A stretch of 64,000 bases of DNA from Leidyana gryllorum EB-2025a (taxonomy: Eukaryota; Protista; Apicomplexa), in the NCBI GenBank assembly GCA_048772705.1, contig JBLWGC010000033.1, forward strand, positions 124,001-188,000, given 5' to 3'. The position numbers were made by a program, and so were the translations under genes. Positions within the stretch are counted from its first letter, which is position 1; each line of letters starts with the position of its first letter. Below are positions 25,501 to 36,736 of this stretch, one piece after another. The notes under the pieces are model-generated. The model saw nothing but the letters and a program-made list of their open reading frames with translations. It searched no databases and was not told the origin of the DNA.

Positions 25501-27174
25501 TTCAAAGGCGGATCAGAAATTGATCGTTCCTCACTGTCGGAATCAGCGGTGGTGTCGTTGATCAGCGACATTCTCCACCAGAACGCCTCAGAGTTGCAGG
25601 CGAAGAGGGATATGGAACTCTCCGATTTGGGAATGACCAGCGTGGAGGCCTTTGAGATTCAACGCCGTCTCGAGTCTCTCCTCAATTTGTCGCTGCCTCC
25701 GAGTTTTGTGTTTGAGAACGGCTCAATCGCAAAGATAGTGGACGCGCTCGTCGGGGAGGAGGAAAATGAGAATGAGAATGGGAATGACGTTTCCGGTCGC
25801 CGACGACAATATCAGAATCATCGGGCTGAGGCATTGGCTTTGAAAGACAAGTTTGAGTTGGCCATTGATGAACTGAGTGTCATACAGCCGATGCGATCTC
25901 AAAGCGGCAGTGGCGCTGGTCTGATGGGTTGGGCAACTTCTCTCTTCAATCAGTCGGCCCCAAAGGGTCGCGTTGTTTTGGTGACCGGAGCCAATGGAGG
26001 ATTGGGGGTGCAGATAGTTCGGTCGTTGCTACAACGGTCTGAGGTCACAAAAGTGATCTGTTTCCTCAGAGGCAAAGATAGCGACGGCCAACGACGAATG
26101 ATCAGAGCTTTCAATGACAGAGATATGGACCCAAAGATCCTCAACCAAAAGGTCAGCTACTACGACTGGGTCCCGGAGGATGTCCGATTCGGATTGTCTC
26201 GAGAGGAGTATAGCCAGTTGTCAGAAGAAGTGACGGATGTCATCCACAACGCGTGGAAGGTCGATTTCAATCTCCCCGTCAAAGCGTTCGAGACACAGTG
26301 GTTGCGCAGTACCCTCAGCTTCATTCGATTCTGCACACCCAACAAACGACTGTGTCTCATCAGCAGTGTGTCGAGTGTGGCAGGTGCCAAGGAGTTCAAG
26401 GTGATACCTGAGAACTATTTCGGAGCAAAGCAGATTGATATGGCGTTGCCGATGGGCTATGGGCAGTCAAAGTTTGTGGCAGAGAGTATGCTCAGTGACG
26501 CACGCAGAAGGCTCGATCTCGACTGCAAGATCATACGATGTGGGCAGATGAGTGGAGATAGCCGCACCGGGGTGTGGAAGACCAATGAAATGATACCTCT
26601 TTTGACCGTCAAAGCAATCGTCGAGGGTGGTGTAGCTCCCGTCGATATGCAAGAAGGCAACTTTCTGCCCATTGATGTCTGCGGAGCGTCAGTGGCTGAC
26701 TTGTGCCTGCACGGACGTAAGGACGTCTTGGTCTACCATCTCGCCAACCCTCATGGAGGCACTTGGGCGGATTGGCTCCGACTGCTCAAGGAGGCCGACG
26801 TCGATTTCAAAGGTGTCGACCGTAAGGAGTTCATGAAGGTGAGACCGTCGTGTGTGTCATGTCTGAGACCGCTGATGTGTGTGTGCGCGTGTGTGTTTTC
26901 GAGGAAGAAGTTGTTTGATACGTTTGTGTTGTTGCAGTGGGTGAAGGAGCACCCTGGAAACCCTCTCAATTTGCTCTACGGCCCGTTGGACGCGATGCTG
27001 AGCAGCGCAGCAGACAACGAGACTCCTCCGCCCACCCTCAGTTTAGAGATGGCCCTCAAAGACTCCAAGTCTCTCGCAAAGTGTCCTCCAATGACTGTAG
27101 CGATGGTGCGGAAGTCGCTGGATTTCTGGACCAAAGTTGGGTTCCTTCAACAAGTCCCTCCTCGGGCGGATTAG
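22595..27174 (+). CDS. NRPS-like carboxylic-acid-reductase-type enzyme 2 (low-complexity N-terminus + A-T-T-R), multi-exon
   Basis: HSSGSTKLPH, FGTTE, ATEDLF, GRYGDT, PVSDKGN; carrier motifs FFEQGMDSL and LSDLGMTSV; reductase motifs VTGANGGLG, HNAWKVDFN, GYGQSKFVAE; introns starting near 23704, 24148, 24308, 24535, 26839. Confidence 0.9.
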
Positions 27175-27203
27175 TTATAGAGTTTGAGCTCCGTGCATTG
27201 GCG

Positions 27204-27632
27204 TCACTCTTTCCGCGGTACAAAGCATTTCAAATGCTCCCATAACTCCATTCGCTTTGGGCCTTCCAAGGCCCCTTCTAACTTGCCGCTAAACGTCTGA
27301 CGAAGAAGAGAGACCTTTGACTTTGAAATCACTCCGTCACATACCGTCCCGGTTGCCCCCATTCGCAGATATGGAACATCGCGCCCGTCTGTTTCGGGGA
27401 ATATGTGTTCATCGTAAACGTAGATGGGCGGGCCGCGTGCCATAAGATGTCTCATAGTCCGCTCACAATCCGCATTGGTCGCCGATTTGATAAAGTTAGA
27501 ATACTGAGTTTGGAGCAGAGTGTCGATGCATTCGCGACATCCCTTGGCTGCCTTCCACTCCTCATTGTTCTCCGAGAATTCTACCCTATTCGAATCCTCC
27601 AGATCCTCCCAGCACACAGCACAACTATCCAT
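27204..27632 (-). CDS. Small protein with RING-like CxxC...CxxC N-terminus
   Basis: MDSCAVCWEDL...CRECIDTLL; probable in-frame 48-nt intron (gtatgt...cttcgtcag). Confidence 0.7.
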   Translation of the reverse strand: MDSCAVCWEDLEDSNRVEFSENNEEWKAAKGCRECIDTLLQTQYSNFIKSATNADCERTMRHLMARGPPIYVYDEHIFPETDGRDVPYLRMGATGTVCDGVISKSKVSLLRQTFSGKLEGALEGPKRMELWEHLKCFVPRKE

Positions 27633-27855
27633 ATTTTTTCGCCCCCATCACGCGGCGCATCTTTGACGCCCCGTCCTCACCCCTCAACGACACATCACTG
27701 ATCCTTCGCTTACTTTCAGACCGATCTTCCACCATATATCGATAGTACCCTGCACTCAAAAATGACACCAAGAAGAAGAGACCAGTCATCCAACTGTCGG
27801 GGTTCGACCCTCTCCACAGACCGACCGACCGACCGAAGACAGCCGCCGTCCGTAT

Positions 27856-30800
27856 TCATTCAGCTCGTTTTGGGGGCTGTGGAGAGAGGAGAGGAGAGGA
27901 GAGGAGAGGAGGGTGTGACCATCTTATCTCACCGTGTGTGACGTCTGCATTGACTACATACGGTCGGTAGTCGACTCCTTCGCCTTGCAGGTAACATTCC
28001 TCCAGCCACGCGTAGGAGACAATTTCAACTCGCAACACGGATTCTCCATATTCGCGTTGGAGCGCTCGGAATGGCAACACGTCTTGGGTGATGGATCCGC
28101 GGAGACTGTCACAAGTGGACCAATCCACCAGCCCCGCCGTATTCCCTTCCTCTTCCTGGACAATTCCCCGCGGCACTACGACCAGAATCCGGACGAGACG
28201 CGGCGCCGAAGGCTCCTGCCGCCACACCGACTCCAAAAGGGGAGTCAGCACAGCCTTTCCAACGGTCCCAGTCAACAAAACGTTTCTGGTGGGAGAACGC
28301 ACAATTCTGCCCAACGCCTCTCGACTCGGGAAACTCAGACCCATATTCGACCCCAACAGTCGCGGTGCCTCTTCGATCTGCCCTTGGTGGAATCCGTCAT
28401 GGAGCGATGAAACAGTACTGCAGATTGCCAGTTGGTGACCCGGTTCAGCCATATCTGTCGGAGACGGGGCAGAGGTCGGTCGAGTCGACGAGCTCTTGTC
28501 TCCCGCAAAGAGTGCATTCACTGTCGAAATGTCGTGCACAGTGAAACACGAGGGAGCTGCTAGAATGAAAAGACCCCGTGATGGTTGAACGCTCCACGCG
28601 TCGCTCCCTTTGGGCTCATTTCCCTCTAACAGAAACGGACTGTTGAGCGGCGTCTGTAATCCGTGGCTTAGAGGCAAATCCACCAGCCAATTGAACGCCG
28701 TTCGCTTTTCGAGAATCTCTGGACAATACTTGTTGGCCCGAGCAATACTCACCAGCCAGTGAGGCGAACGACATCGCTCAGGGGGTATCACACGATACAG
28801 TCGCTGGTATAAATCCAAGGCGTTAACCACACCCTCCACATCCGATAACTGTTCCATTGGCTGAGTACCCTGCTGTCTTGACAGCGCTTTCAGGTCGCGA
28901 TACTCGTCATACAGATACGACGACACCACAAACACATCGACCACCTTCAGCAACAGATTCATCAAATGACTGGGGGCAATCGAATGGTCTTTGGGATATC
29001 GCAAAGTCATTGTCGTAGATTCCAGAAACACTGAGAATGCACAACTGGTCATCTGTAATTGGGGAAATCGACCCAAACAGAAGATCTTGTGTGAACGAAT
29101 GCTATGCAAGCCGACCAGAATTGCTTCTGGTAACACTTCCTTCAAATATTCAGTGTCTCCCAGCGACAGCCTTTGAGCCACGCGGTCCAGTCGCTTCGTC
29201 TGCCAATACGAATCAAACTCAAACCGCCCCAATGAGAGAGAGGAGCAACACGAGGCCACAACACGACAGATTCATGGACTGTTGAGCTCAGATTTTGTAC
29301 GCCAACGACACCACACCACACTATCCGTTTCATAACGAATAAGCCAATGCACAGCGCTCGAATAAGGCATCAGAGACGGCGACAATAGTACGAGAAACAG
29401 TGCGATTGACACGGGAGACGGCGAGGCCAGCACATTAGAGCGTGAGAATGTCACGAAACACACAGTGGGATTGCCACGACACACAGTCAGATTGACACGA
29501 GAGAAGGCGAGGTGAGCACGAGAGACAGTGAGATTGCCACACGGAATAGCCGATTGGGATTGGTACGATACACAGCGGGAGGTGCTCACCTCGGCAATAT
29601 TTTCCTTTTGCGCTTCGCGCTTGCTCGTTTGAGTATTGCCCTCAACGATACGACAACCTGGTCGTGACTTGCCACCGGAGCGGGCTCTTCTGCGAGCAGG
29701 CACACCCATGGAGCTGGCAGGATCTCCTTCCCTATGCGCTTCCTGTGTGAGTGCATTCGCAGCAGAACTCTGAGCCGGCAGAGCCATTGCCCCTCCAATG
29801 TCGACTTGACTCAGTCGATAGAGTTTCTCCCGTTCTTTCATCGCCCGTCGCGTGACAATGACTCCTTCGGACCCAAACAGAATTGTTTCTGACCACGCCT
29901 TGAAGTTGCGAAGGTATGAGCTGACCCCTTCATGAGTGAAATTCATTCCGGCCGGTATAGCTGTGACTGCCTGCGGCGTAGGTGGCATCTGACCGATAGC
30001 GGGGTGCTCGTGTGTACCTGTTTCATCCTATTTTGAGCCCTGACGGTGGTGTCGCTGAGTTTATAGGTGACAGTTACAGTGCTGCTGACACCGGTTGGGG
30101 TGCTGGAGATGATTCGTGCCATATGGTGGAGAGCCACGCTCAGCTTGGCGAGCTGAATGGGCAGCAAGGGAGCTTCGGGGCCGATGGCCACTATCGTCTC
30201 TGTGCCGTGCTGTGATGCAATGCAATGCAAATTCCAGATGGAGGTCGTACCTCGGCGGGGGATGACTGAATGTTGAGACGTGGGATGGTCGGGGACAGAC
30301 CAGCCAGGGGACACGAGGAGGCTACATATCTCAATGTGGTGAGGTTCAGGGCCCCTCCCGCGCGGCCAATTTCCGATTTGGGCAATTTGGCGTTCGGTCG
30401 TTGAAGCAGTGATGGGTCGATACCACTCTCAAAGATGATTAAATTCAGCAAATGGGCTAAGAATAGCCTTCTCTCAGATCGGCTCCTACACAGAATATTG
30501 ATAACACGACTCTTGCTGCTCACTTGAGGACCAAGAGACTCTCACACATGTCAAATGTCGGATTCAATACTTCGTACATGTCAACTGAGCCATCTCCCAG
30601 ATCTGTGGGTTCGCTGTCTTCAGTTAATTTTTGCCGGGCAGCGCGTTCAAAGGTGGGGTCGCAGTCAACGGCTGCCAAAAAGTCGCTGCGGGGGCGATGT
30701 GGTGAAGGTCTCAGTGGTAAAGGTCTGAATGCCGTCTCACCGGAAGGATTTGGAGAGGCGGGGGACTATGATGAGATCATCAGAGATCAGGACGGCGACA

Positions 30801-31372
30801 GTTTCGGTTTCAAACGCCATCTGATGGGCGCTGTTGCGGTTCGACGAGATGGATGCCTACTTGGGCGTCAAAGGGTAGGCCTCCTTTGCTGGCGGCGGGC
30901 GCATATAGCACCAGTTCGAACAGCGCTACGGCATGCGCGAGCGCTTTACAGGCCGCTCTGACGTCACTGGTTGATCTATTCTGTGGTAGAAAATGCACAG
31001 ACGGCGTTAATGCCGTGGCGACGAGTTTGATCGCATTGATCCATTTGTACAGAGGTTGTTGATGGAGATTGGTGGGGACAGCTTTGATAAAGAAATCTTC
31101 GGGAGGGGTGTCGAGGTCATTGGCTATGTATAGAGCAGTGGTTGGGTAAAAACAGAGGACTCACGACGGTCACAGTCGAGTGCGTGACGCAGATACGGTA
31201 TCCAAAGAGTGATATTGTCTTGTAGATACTGCCACAGTTGTGTGATGAGGAGTGTGTTCTGTTTGTCTTGGGAAACGAATGTAAGCGTCACAGAGGTGCT
31301 GAAGCACAGGGAGTGTTTGATAGTGGGATATAGACGGTTGGGGGCTTCGAGGAGATCAACAGGTTTTGTCAT
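27856..31372 (-). CDS. Large multi-exon hypothetical protein with BRCT-like C-terminus
   Basis: Chain of minus-strand ORFs (31124-31372, 30810-30998, 29272-29988, 27856-29259); C-terminal IVSYAWLEECYLQG...Y resembles the BRCT WxxxC motif. May be more than one gene. Confidence 0.45.
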
Positions 31373-31378
31373 AATCGA

Positions 31379-31846
31379 TCAAATAACCCGTTGAATCTCG
31401 GGCGAGCAACAACAACAACAACACCGCAAGCAGCAGTGAGCGCAACCCAGCACAGGAGCGGGAATGAAAAGTCTAATTAAGCTACGAGCAGCTGCGATGA
31501 TGTATGGATTGTTGCGTTGTTCTTCTCGACTCTGCGAGCCTCGTGGCCAATCGAGCCAAGACCAGCGTGTGGCCCTCTCAGGCTCTGGCGTGCCGGTTTG
31601 GTGAGCTTCGGGTCCAGCTTGAGGAGGCGATGCTGACCCACCGTTAACTTTGGTTTTCACAGTCTCCCAAGCCTTCTCAAGACTTGATCGGGCCGAGTCG
31701 AGCAAACTCTCTTTCCTCTCTGAAGGTGGCGGTGGTGGACTTGAGTGATCAACAACATTGGGCGGCGATCCGTCAAGGCGCTGATGAACGCCTTGAGGAA
31801 AGTCCTCTTGATGTCTCTCATCATCAAATCCTTCCATGGTATGCAT
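31379..31846 (-). CDS. Small protein with cysteine-rich C-terminal tail
   Basis: 155-aa ATG ORF ending CAHCCLRCCCCCCSPEIQRVI after a hydrophobic stretch. Confidence 0.65.
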   Translation of the reverse strand: MHTMEGFDDERHQEDFPQGVHQRLDGSPPNVVDHSSPPPPPSERKESLLDSARSSLEKAWETVKTKVNGGSASPPQAGPEAHQTGTPEPERATRWSWLDWPRGSQSREEQRNNPYIIAAARSLIRLFIPAPVLGCAHCCLRCCCCCCSPEIQRVI

Positions 31847-31887
31847 GTGCGGGGCGCGAGTATTCGTGTCCTACTGTTACCGCATAC

Positions 31888-33212
31888 ATGACTTCTGCAC
31901 CCCAAACGAATATGAGTGGCTCTGTACCGGCCCATCGGCCCCTACCGCGCTGGTGTCTCGGCTTCTCTGTCATTGTATCGATGGTTTCGGGCTTGGGATG
32001 CATTTTCGTCCAGAAATTGATGAACCGGACAAAGAGTTACCGATGCAGTGACACTACCAACATTGTGTGCTCGCCAGAGTACTTTAATTCTCCTCTACTC
32101 CAATTGCTGTTGGGTGCCTTTGGCGGTAAGTTGAGCGCGTCCTCTCCTTTCCTTTGATTTTTCTATCACTGTCAGCATTGGGATGCTGGGGACTATATGC
32201 CTTTGACGCTTGGAGAGCTCTCCGTCGTGGTCTCATCTATGGGAATCTCGAGCTGATCACCCGGTCAGAGTCTCTGGCCAAACCATCACCCCACCCACTG
32301 ATTTGGATCATCCCCGCAGTCTACGAATTTGGCGCAAGTTACCTTTGCAATCTGGCAATGTCGATTACCTTTGCGTCGACTGTACTCATGTTGCGTACCT
32401 TCAATACGGCGGTGGTGGCGATACTGACTACAGTCTGGCTGCGGTCGCCTTTGAGACGACATCACTGGGCAGGCGTGATCGTTATCACTATTGGAACAAT
32501 GATTGCGGCGGCCTTTTCGGCTTTGATCCAGGACCCCAATACACCATACACCAAGCAACAGAGTTATATCGGAGGCGCTGCCGCTTTGCTGAGCTGTTTC
32601 TTTACCAGTTTGAAGGTCTGCACAGAGGAGAAATGGCTAAAGGAGTATCGCATCGCACCCTTCAAAGCTGCTGGTATTCAGGGCGGATTCCATATTCTCT
32701 TTGCGTTAGGGTTTATGGCTGGGAGTGCTGGTGAACCAGACTTTAGAGCCGGATGCTATCAGTTGCTACACGACAAGCGGCTCTCCATCTTGGCTATCCT
32801 ATTTGTCTTGTGTATCTTCGCCTTCAATGCCAGTCTCATCGCTATCTCCAAACTCGCCAGCAGTTTGCTCAGAACGGTCCTCCACGCCTTCCGCACAGTC
32901 ATTGTCTATCTTCTGGAGCTCTGTATTGGCTGGACTACCTTCCACTCGCTAGACTGCGTTAGCATCATCACAAGCACTTTGGGTTTGCTCCTCTATACAA
33001 ATTTCATCCCGATCCCAGGGGGATCCAAAGTCGTCAGCGGAGATCCAATGGCAGCGCAGTCAGAGTATTCAGCGCTTCCAATAATCGAAGGCAACACGTT
33101 GTATCCCGCGGACGTTCACGCGGATGTGGTGGAGCCGTTGACTGAAGACCAGCACTTACACCAGTCTCCGACAACACCGACTATCATGGAGTTGGCAGCA
33201 TACAGTCGCTAA
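31888..33212 (+). CDS. DMT-superfamily transporter (SLC35F6 / nucleotide-sugar-transporter-like), 2 exons
   Basis: About 10 hydrophobic helices; motifs ITFASTVLMLR, EEKWLK, ASSLLRTVLHAFRTVIV; one intron near 32126-32176. Confidence 0.8.
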
Positions 33213-34504
33213 CAGAGGGGTTTGAAATTGGCTTTCCGATGCTTCGTGAGGCAACTCATTGAGCAGTATGTAAAATCGTACTTGCGAAGGGGTTCGTTGT
33301 CGTTGGTGGGAAACATGGTACCACACACATCGCATTTGAAGTGAGCGACGAAAGCTGCCTTTTTCAGCTTTGGAGCCCAGCTGAAGGTCAACCACTCGAT
33401 CAGTGCCCGCGCTTCGGCCTTGGGCGATCCGTGGTGCAAGATTTCAAGTCGACGGAGTCGTGGCCCGAATCCTTCACCACCACCAATCTCTTGGTCCACG
33501 CGACCGAACAAACCACTCGCGACGATATGAGTACAATTGCAGAGCTTTTGGCGAGTCTGCATCCACTCGGAGATTCTGATAAGAGTACTTTTGGTCGGCC
33601 ACACTCCCACGGAGTGCGGATGACTCTCTATTGTCAGTCCAACATGAGAGCGTTTCTTGTTCAACGCACACGTCAAATCCATCAGTGTGTCCTTGGCGTC
33701 GGTTTCCTCAATCTCCCAGGGAATGGGGTTGAGAAATAGCAGTTTGGGACTCAATCGTGCAGCATCATCACTTTGCACCTCGGATGAGAGATGACCGTTC
33801 ACGAGTTCGATCATCCGAGTAGCGATAGTTGCGCTCGATCGAGGCTTTCCATATACACTGTAAATGATGATCGGCATCGGCACCGGCTTGAAGAAAAGAC
33901 TGACTCTGGCGGCAACTCGCAAAGCGTTGGTGTCGAGACAATCGATCGGTCCCAGCGCCCCAACGGGGACGAAATTGTCTCCACATCGGATACCGACCTG
34001 AGTTTCGGCCAAGAGGCGTGCCGTCTCCTTGGTGGCGTCCTCATCAGTCCATGAGGCATCTCGTTTGACTTTCGGAGCCGCAGCAAAAACCAGCCGGAAG
34101 CCATTCCGTAGACATTGCGACCTCAGTCTCTCCATCACCAGCGGATCAGAAGATGGGAGGGCCGTCAAGAGTAACATTTGACGGCCAGCGCAGTACTCTG
34201 ACAAACTGTTCATCGCGGCATGTAGACACTCAGCGTCTAAATTCAGATTCTCGGCGCACGCCATTGGTGCCCGTATCACAGCCCCCCGCGTCGCCAGTGA
34301 TAGTCCTATATTTCGATTCGGCACGCCATCGCTTCCGCCAACGCTGTGCAGATCACCGGCCAGATACTCCGGCCCTATCGCCACCTCTATGTTGCTCAGT
34401 GACTCTGGGTCTTGAGCTCCATTAACTGTCACCACACACTCATGGGGCAAGTTGGCAGGTCGACCTTCAAACTCTTCCTGTGGGGGTTGCGAAATGGTAA
34501 TCAT
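33209..34504 (-). CDS. Degenerate phosphotriesterase-related protein with C-terminal zinc-finger (treble-clef-like)
   Basis: VVTVNG, ENLNLD, VPVGALGPI, LRVAARV follow the PTE/PTER motif order; C-terminal CDVCG...FTYCSMSCLTKH. Confidence 0.55.
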   Translation of the reverse strand: MITISQPPQEEFEGRPANLPHECVVTVNGAQDPESLSNIEVAIGPEYLAGDLHSVGGSDGVPNRNIGLSLATRGAVIRAPMACAENLNLDAECLHAAMNSLSEYCAGRQMLLLTALPSSDPLVMERLRSQCLRNGFRLVFAAAPKVKRDASWTDEDATKETARLLAETQVGIRCGDNFVPVGALGPIDCLDTNALRVAARVSLFFKPVPMPIIIYSVYGKPRSSATIATRMIELVNGHLSSEVQSDDAARLSPKLLFLNPIPWEIEETDAKDTLMDLTCALNKKRSHVGLTIESHPHSVGVWPTKSTLIRISEWMQTRQKLCNCTHIVASGLFGRVDQEIGGGEGFGPRLRRLEILHHGSPKAEARALIEWLTFSWAPKLKKAAFVAHFKCDVCGTMFPTNDNEPLRKYDFTYCSMSCLTKHRKANFKPLC

Positions 34505-34621
34505 TGAATGAAAAAATATACGATGGCATCGAAACAAAGGGCCTTTATGATGCTGTGACTCTCACACATCAGCGGCTCCGAGATTATTCTGAGGCCGTGG
34601 ACGCTACAAAGTGCAAAGTGT

Positions 34622-35563
34622 TCAGTCAGTAGTACATTGTGGGCTACACTGTGGTGGTCTGTCTATGGCTCCAGAAGCCTCCTCGAATGTGTCGATCCAT
34701 TTTTGAGTAACGTCGGCCAGGTATCTCTTCGCTGCGACAAAACGTTTGCTGTCCATCAGTTGCCCCATCAATATGTCGTGGAACTTGGCATCTTCCAAAT
34801 CCTCAGTTGAGTAAGTCAGTCGATCGTCCACCTTTGCATCCCAGATCGGGATGGAGCGTCGGAAAGTCGTCGACAATTCTCGAACAGATCGTGTGAGTTT
34901 CACTGTCGACTGAGTGTGAGTGACCGGGGAGCAATCTTTCTTTTCCCTCTCCCCAGCATCGTCACTCCGTGTCTCCTTTGGTACGAGTTCGAAACACCAT
35001 CGAGAGTGCCAGGGCTGGGTGTGCACCCAATCGGGTCGCATAGGATCAAATTGGACCGGCCATGACGTTGTACCCTCCAAGCACTTCACGTGTACATAAA
35101 GTTTCCCTGTCCTGCTACCGATCCCTGTCGCAATCGACGGATGCGGCTGTCGAACGTCAAACCACCGTCCAACTCTTTCCTCGATGCAGTGTTCACGGTA
35201 CTCTTGCACTACCCGATTCCCCTCAGGTCCGTCGATCGCTAACCTTCGGCAGCGGTGACGCGCTTCGAAGTCTTCGCAGTCGCAATCCACCATAATCGAT
35301 CTTCCCGGCACCCCATTCACGTCATTAACGATCTCGCGTTTCGACTCCCAATTATATTGGATCGCCTGGCCGCCAGGTGCACCCGGCTTATCCCAGGTCG
35401 CGGTCGATGGACTCGGCACGCCCAAACAGTGAACTTTGTTATACCGGACATCGATATTGTGCTGACCAAATACTATGCCCCTCAGCAGTAGGCGCGATTC
35501 CCCCTTCTCTTTCGAGTTGAGAAGTATTTTCCCACTGGAGAGAACGGCGCTGTTCACTATCAA
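34622..35563 (-). CDS. Hypothetical protein, ~310 aa
   Basis: 313-codon ORF with non-ATG track start; no family recognised. Confidence 0.55.
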   Translation of the reverse strand: MIVNSAVLSSGKILLNSKEKGESRLLLRGIVFGQHNIDVRYNKVHCLGVPSPSTATWDKPGAPGGQAIQYNWESKREIVNDVNGVPGRSIMVDCDCEDFEARHRCRRLAIDGPEGNRVVQEYREHCIEERVGRWFDVRQPHPSIATGIGSRTGKLYVHVKCLEGTTSWPVQFDPMRPDWVHTQPWHSRWCFELVPKETRSDDAGEREKKDCSPVTHTQSTVKLTRSVRELSTTFRRSIPIWDAKVDDRLTYSTEDLEDAKFHDILMGQLMDSKRFVAAKRYLADVTQKWIDTFEEASGAIDRPPQCSPQCTTD

Positions 35564-35886
35564 ATATCAAGTGCGTTACTTTGAGTTTGACCGGGAGAAC
35601 GGAGCAGCATTCGACCAGTGTGCTGATTGGAAGTGGGCAATTTGGTGGAAGAAGCGCACACTCATTCGATTCTTGCGATCTGTCTTAACACGCTTTCACG
35701 ACTGACTGCAAGTACGTCGTGTACGCGTCCAGCGGTCGTTCACTCTCCTGGACGATAGGGGCTTGAGGAGCAAGTTGGATGTCTTCTCGTGTGCACATCT
35801 CGGTCACCTTCTGATCTAGCAGCGGTACTGGGTTGGGGCTATCATTCGCACTAAGAGGTGGTCTGGTTCAACTGATCTGCGTTGAC

Positions 35887-36161
35887 TGTAGCGGTACACC
35901 GAGTCAAGTCTAGCCCTACCTTACGCGTGATCTGTTTTTAGTTGCATGAATAGTCCTAGTTTACACGTGATTCGTTTTTGGTTGCATGAACACACGGGTG
36001 TCTCCGCACGGAGACACCGAAAATACAGACACGTGAACTTACCGATCTAGAAATGAACACCAGACGCACTAGGCGATCAAGTATTCTCCCTCGAGCCATG
36101 ACCCACCGCTCCAAAACCAAGACAACAGAGAGGGTAGATGACCCAGAGATGGAAACTTACA
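35887..36161. mobile_element. Solo LTR (275 bp), TGTA...TACA, 5-bp TSD TTGAC
   Basis: TTGAC at 35882-35886 and 36162-36166; the flanks join into a sequence found uninterrupted (inverted) at ~42340-42390. Confidence 0.85.
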
Positions 36162-36736
36162 TTGACGGTTGGTTGGTGCATCGGGTTGTTGTTTAAATTC
36201 GTGGTTGCTCAGTAATTGTCAATCCAAAAACATGTGTGTGAAAACGTGTCTCGGCTTTGGCGGGCTCCGGGATCCATTATTGCGCCTTGTCGCTCTAGCG
36301 GGTGGTGGTGTCGGCTACCCGTCACATCCTTACACAACTAATCGGAAATTTTGGGGACCCCTCTGCAGCTGTGGGCTTCTCCAAGATTTTCCCCATTTAC
36401 AGCTGTATACTTTGCGGATGGGAGTGTGCGTCGACTTCCGAAGACATTTGGAGTGTAACACTGCCGCAATTCCGCAGTGTTAGAAAGCACTAATTGCTAT
36501 GGCGAGGACACGAACGCAAAATCCTATGGGAAAGATTCAGGGAAGGGCCCTGGGCTCTTCCCCAAGCGGCAGCAGCCGCACCCACCACGTCGGGTGTGGA
36601 CCGGGTGGGGTGAACACAGCTGGTCCCGGTGAGCGCGCTTTGCGATGCGGAATGCGAATGACGGTGGCATTGAGCACATAAGTTCACCGCTGATACCACT
36701 GATCGTTGCAATGGCGAATTTGAAGCTCCATTCTAA

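Noticed and set aside
27796-27820. tRNA suggested by GGTTCGA (also ~54085-54097 on the minus strand)
   Set aside because: T-stem does not pair and no cloverleaf can be built.
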